Source: a virus
Lineage: Duplodnaviria > Caudoviricetes
IMG/VR virus record: IMGVR_UViG_3300020045_008030
Location: 1 to 47,869 of that record
Direction: 5' to 3' (one strand)
DNA: 47,869 bases
The notes beneath the pieces were generated by a model, which worked only from the letters and a program-made list of their open reading frames with translations, did no database searches and was not told the origin of the DNA. Position numbers and translations under genes: made by a program. Within the stretch, counting starts at the first letter, position 1. Each line of letters starts with the position of its first letter. Below, piece by piece: positions 45,633 through 47,869 of the stretch.

Positions 45633-47256
45633 AATTAAATTTCATTCTGAAACAAGAATTTTGCCATACATTTCACAGCCAATCACGGAATTTCTAAGTT
45701 TTGTTGAATCGCTTATTCCACATGACAAAGCAAAGATTTTCAAATTGTTATTCAGATACCCCGTTGCTACAAATGAAGTAACGGGGATTTGCTTTGATAA
45801 GCTATCAAGAATTTTTGATGGTAGAAACCCAGCGTTCAATTATCAGTTCATGAATGCCGAACAACGTGACGATTGGGAATATTACCGCCAAGAGTTTTTA
45901 AAAGAACCAGAAGTTTGGAGTCAAAAAGGTTGGGAAATGTTCAAAACGGAACACAATTGTGTTTTAATTGTAGATTTGCCAACAGAACAAAGTTTAGATG
46001 ACAATTACCCTCAACCTTATTTTTATTTTCTTCCAATAAATCAAGTAATTGGCTATGAAGTAAATAAAAAGACTGGTATAATGGATTGGATTGCATTTAG
46101 ACAGCCAGACAAAAAGATTGCGGTATTCGATGATGAATATTATAGATTGTTTAATGAAGAAAATTTAAATGAACTTGGTGAGCTAATAAGTGAAGAACCT
46201 CATGATTTAGGTTATTGTCCCGCAAAGTTTTTTTGGAATGAATCTTTGAATTTACAAGAACCAGACATCAAAAATCATGTGATTTCAAAAATGTTAAGTT
46301 CTCTTGATTGGTTTTTATTCTTCCATACATCAAAAAAACATCTTGATATTTATGGTTCATATCCAATATATTCAGGTTACGAACAAGATTGTAATTTCAC
46401 AAATGAAGAATCTGGTGACGAATGTGATGGCGGTTTTTTAAAAGACAGAAAAGGAAGTTACAAAATTGATAGTACTGGTAAATTATTATCATGTCCTAAA
46501 TGTGGGAGTAAAAGAATTGCTGGTGCTGGAACATTTGTAGAAGTGCCAATTCCTAGAGATAAAGAACAGGCTGACTTGAGAAACCCGGTTCAATTATTAG
46601 GAATTGATAAAGAATCATTAGATTTTAATGTTTCGGAACAAGCAAGATTAAAGAACGAAGTTATTACAAGCGTTTGCGGTGTTGATTCTGATTTAGTAGC
46701 AAGTCAGGCAATTAATGAATCGCAAGTTACGGCAAATTTTGAATCGCAAACAACAATCCTAAATCGGGTTAAAAAAGGATTTGAAGAAGCTCAAAATTTT
46801 GTTGATTCAACTGTTTGTAAACTTAGATACGGCAGTCTTTTTATTTCATCAAGGGTAAATTACGGTACAGATTTTTATACTGTTTCAGTAGCTAAACTAA
46901 GGGAACAGTACAAAATGGCTAAAGAGTCTGGTGCTAGTGAAGCTGAACTTGACGCCATGCAGAATCAAATTATCGAAACAGAGTATAGACATAATCAGAC
47001 AGAACTCCAAAGGATGTTTATCTTGGCAGATTTAGAGCCATTTCGACACATGACAAGGGAAGAGGTTTTAAATTATTATGAAAAAGCTTTGATTTCAAAA
47101 GAACAATTGATTGTAAAGCTAAACTTTTCTAACTTTGTTAAAAGATTTGAACGAGAAAATACAAATTTGTTAGAGTTCGGGATAAATATTCCTTATTCAA
47201 AGAAAATCGAAATCATTAATCAAAAATTTATACAATATGCTAAACAACAAGGGTAA
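45544..47256 (+). CDS. Portal protein, divergent full-length copy 2
   Basis: 570 aa, colinear with 3402..5105 with three extra residues. Confidence 0.7.
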   Translation: MGLDIKKAKEEVKAQKKRQTIQKAVAHQNRIKFHSETRILPYISQPITEFLSFVESLIPHDKAKIFKLLFRYPVATNEVTGICFDKLSRIFDGRNPAFNYQFMNAEQRDDWEYYRQEFLKEPEVWSQKGWEMFKTEHNCVLIVDLPTEQSLDDNYPQPYFYFLPINQVIGYEVNKKTGIMDWIAFRQPDKKIAVFDDEYYRLFNEENLNELGELISEEPHDLGYCPAKFFWNESLNLQEPDIKNHVISKMLSSLDWFLFFHTSKKHLDIYGSYPIYSGYEQDCNFTNEESGDECDGGFLKDRKGSYKIDSTGKLLSCPKCGSKRIAGAGTFVEVPIPRDKEQADLRNPVQLLGIDKESLDFNVSEQARLKNEVITSVCGVDSDLVASQAINESQVTANFESQTTILNRVKKGFEEAQNFVDSTVCKLRYGSLFISSRVNYGTDFYTVSVAKLREQYKMAKESGASEAELDAMQNQIIETEYRHNQTELQRMFILADLEPFRHMTREEVLNYYEKALISKEQLIVKLNFSNFVKRFERENTNLLEFGINIPYSKKIEIINQKFIQYAKQQG

Positions 47257-47743
47257 GGATGTTGATATTTTAGATATTACTCCAGAAAATTACGTTTTGC
47301 CAAATGGCGAAGAGGATCGTTACCATGTTAAGATTGAAGTTCCAAAGTTTGATTCTGAAACTGGTAAGCGTTTAAGCCAACCACGAATTCAAAAATTCGG
47401 AAAAAAGGCTTACGAATTGAACTTAAAAAACGACTTGGTAAGACAAGGTTATAAGTTGATTGTATTGCATAATCCAAACAAATGGATTGAGGAACAAGCA
47501 GAAAATTCTAAAAATTTGCAAGAGTCAAAAGCTCAATTAGCTCAAGCCAAAAAAGAAAATGAATAGGAATTAAAGTAAAATGCAATCAACGAAGCAGTTG
47601 CAAAAGATTTAGCTGAACATAGTGCAAACAATGAAAAGAAAATTGCTGATGCGGTTGCAAAAGCTTTAGATGCCCAAAGTGCAAACAGTGAAAAGTCAAT
47701 TGCTGAAAAGGCTTTAGTAAATCAAAAATTTTCAGAAAAATAG
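47237..47743 (+). pseudogene. Copy of 5086..5553 with two in-frame stops
   Basis: TAG 47564 and TAA 47576; homology continues in frame (AINEAVAK..) to TAG 47741. Confidence 0.75.
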
Positions 47744-47782
47744 TATCAAATCAATCAAAAATTAATTCAAAGGGTTAGAATT

Positions 47783-47869
47783 ATGGCACTTAAATCAGAA
47801 ATATTAAAGGCAAATGCAGTATTGTCAACATTGACAGCCGAACAAATAACTGCAATTGAAACATTGTCT
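47783..47869 (+). CDS. Scaffold gene 5' end (cut by window edge)
   Basis: MALKSEILKANAVLSTLTAEQITAIETLS. Confidence 0.7.
   Translation, partial: MALKSEILKANAVLSTLTAEQITAIETLS

Noticed and set aside
2834-45839. Numerous 60-180-aa minus-strand and nested ORFs in the track
   Set aside because: They overlap well-supported + strand genes and have no motifs or expression signals; the methyltransferase +1 frame is the only exception kept
47564-47578. Stop-codon reassignment (alternative genetic code)
   Set aside because: All other long genes are intact in code 11 and use TAG, TAA and TGA as real stops; the interruptions are local
1-47869. Integrated prophage, tRNA or rRNA genes
   Set aside because: No host genes, integrase, att-like context or cloverleaf sequence recognised by eye; a tRNAscan run would be needed for certainty

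Overview
AT-rich, almost entirely + strand tailed-phage genome (siphovirus-like: long tape measure, no sheath). The host is inferred to be Bacteroidota from repeated TTTG-N19/20-TAnnTTTG promoters. One genome unit of 42,141 bp (2495-44635) runs: tail-tube-like gene, portal, scaffold, major capsid, neck/tail, SGNH tail spike, lysis, early genes, recombination/replication, then terminase. I recognise no integrase or CI-type repressor. Both window ends carry extra, diverged and partly rearranged copies of the terminase-portal region, which may be a strain-mixed or chimeric assembly or a real duplication. The most interesting signal is RNA-based. A promoter-and-terminator-bounded ~70-nt antisense RNA (25655-25726, minus strand) sits where a repressor gene would be expected. 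Its hairpin loop is complementary to an (AG)AGCGATG motif overlapping the start codons of seven non-structural genes. A second three-hairpin kissing-loop leader precedes the replication initiator, and its loop matches an alternative start motif. All calls come from reading motifs by eye; no searches were run.
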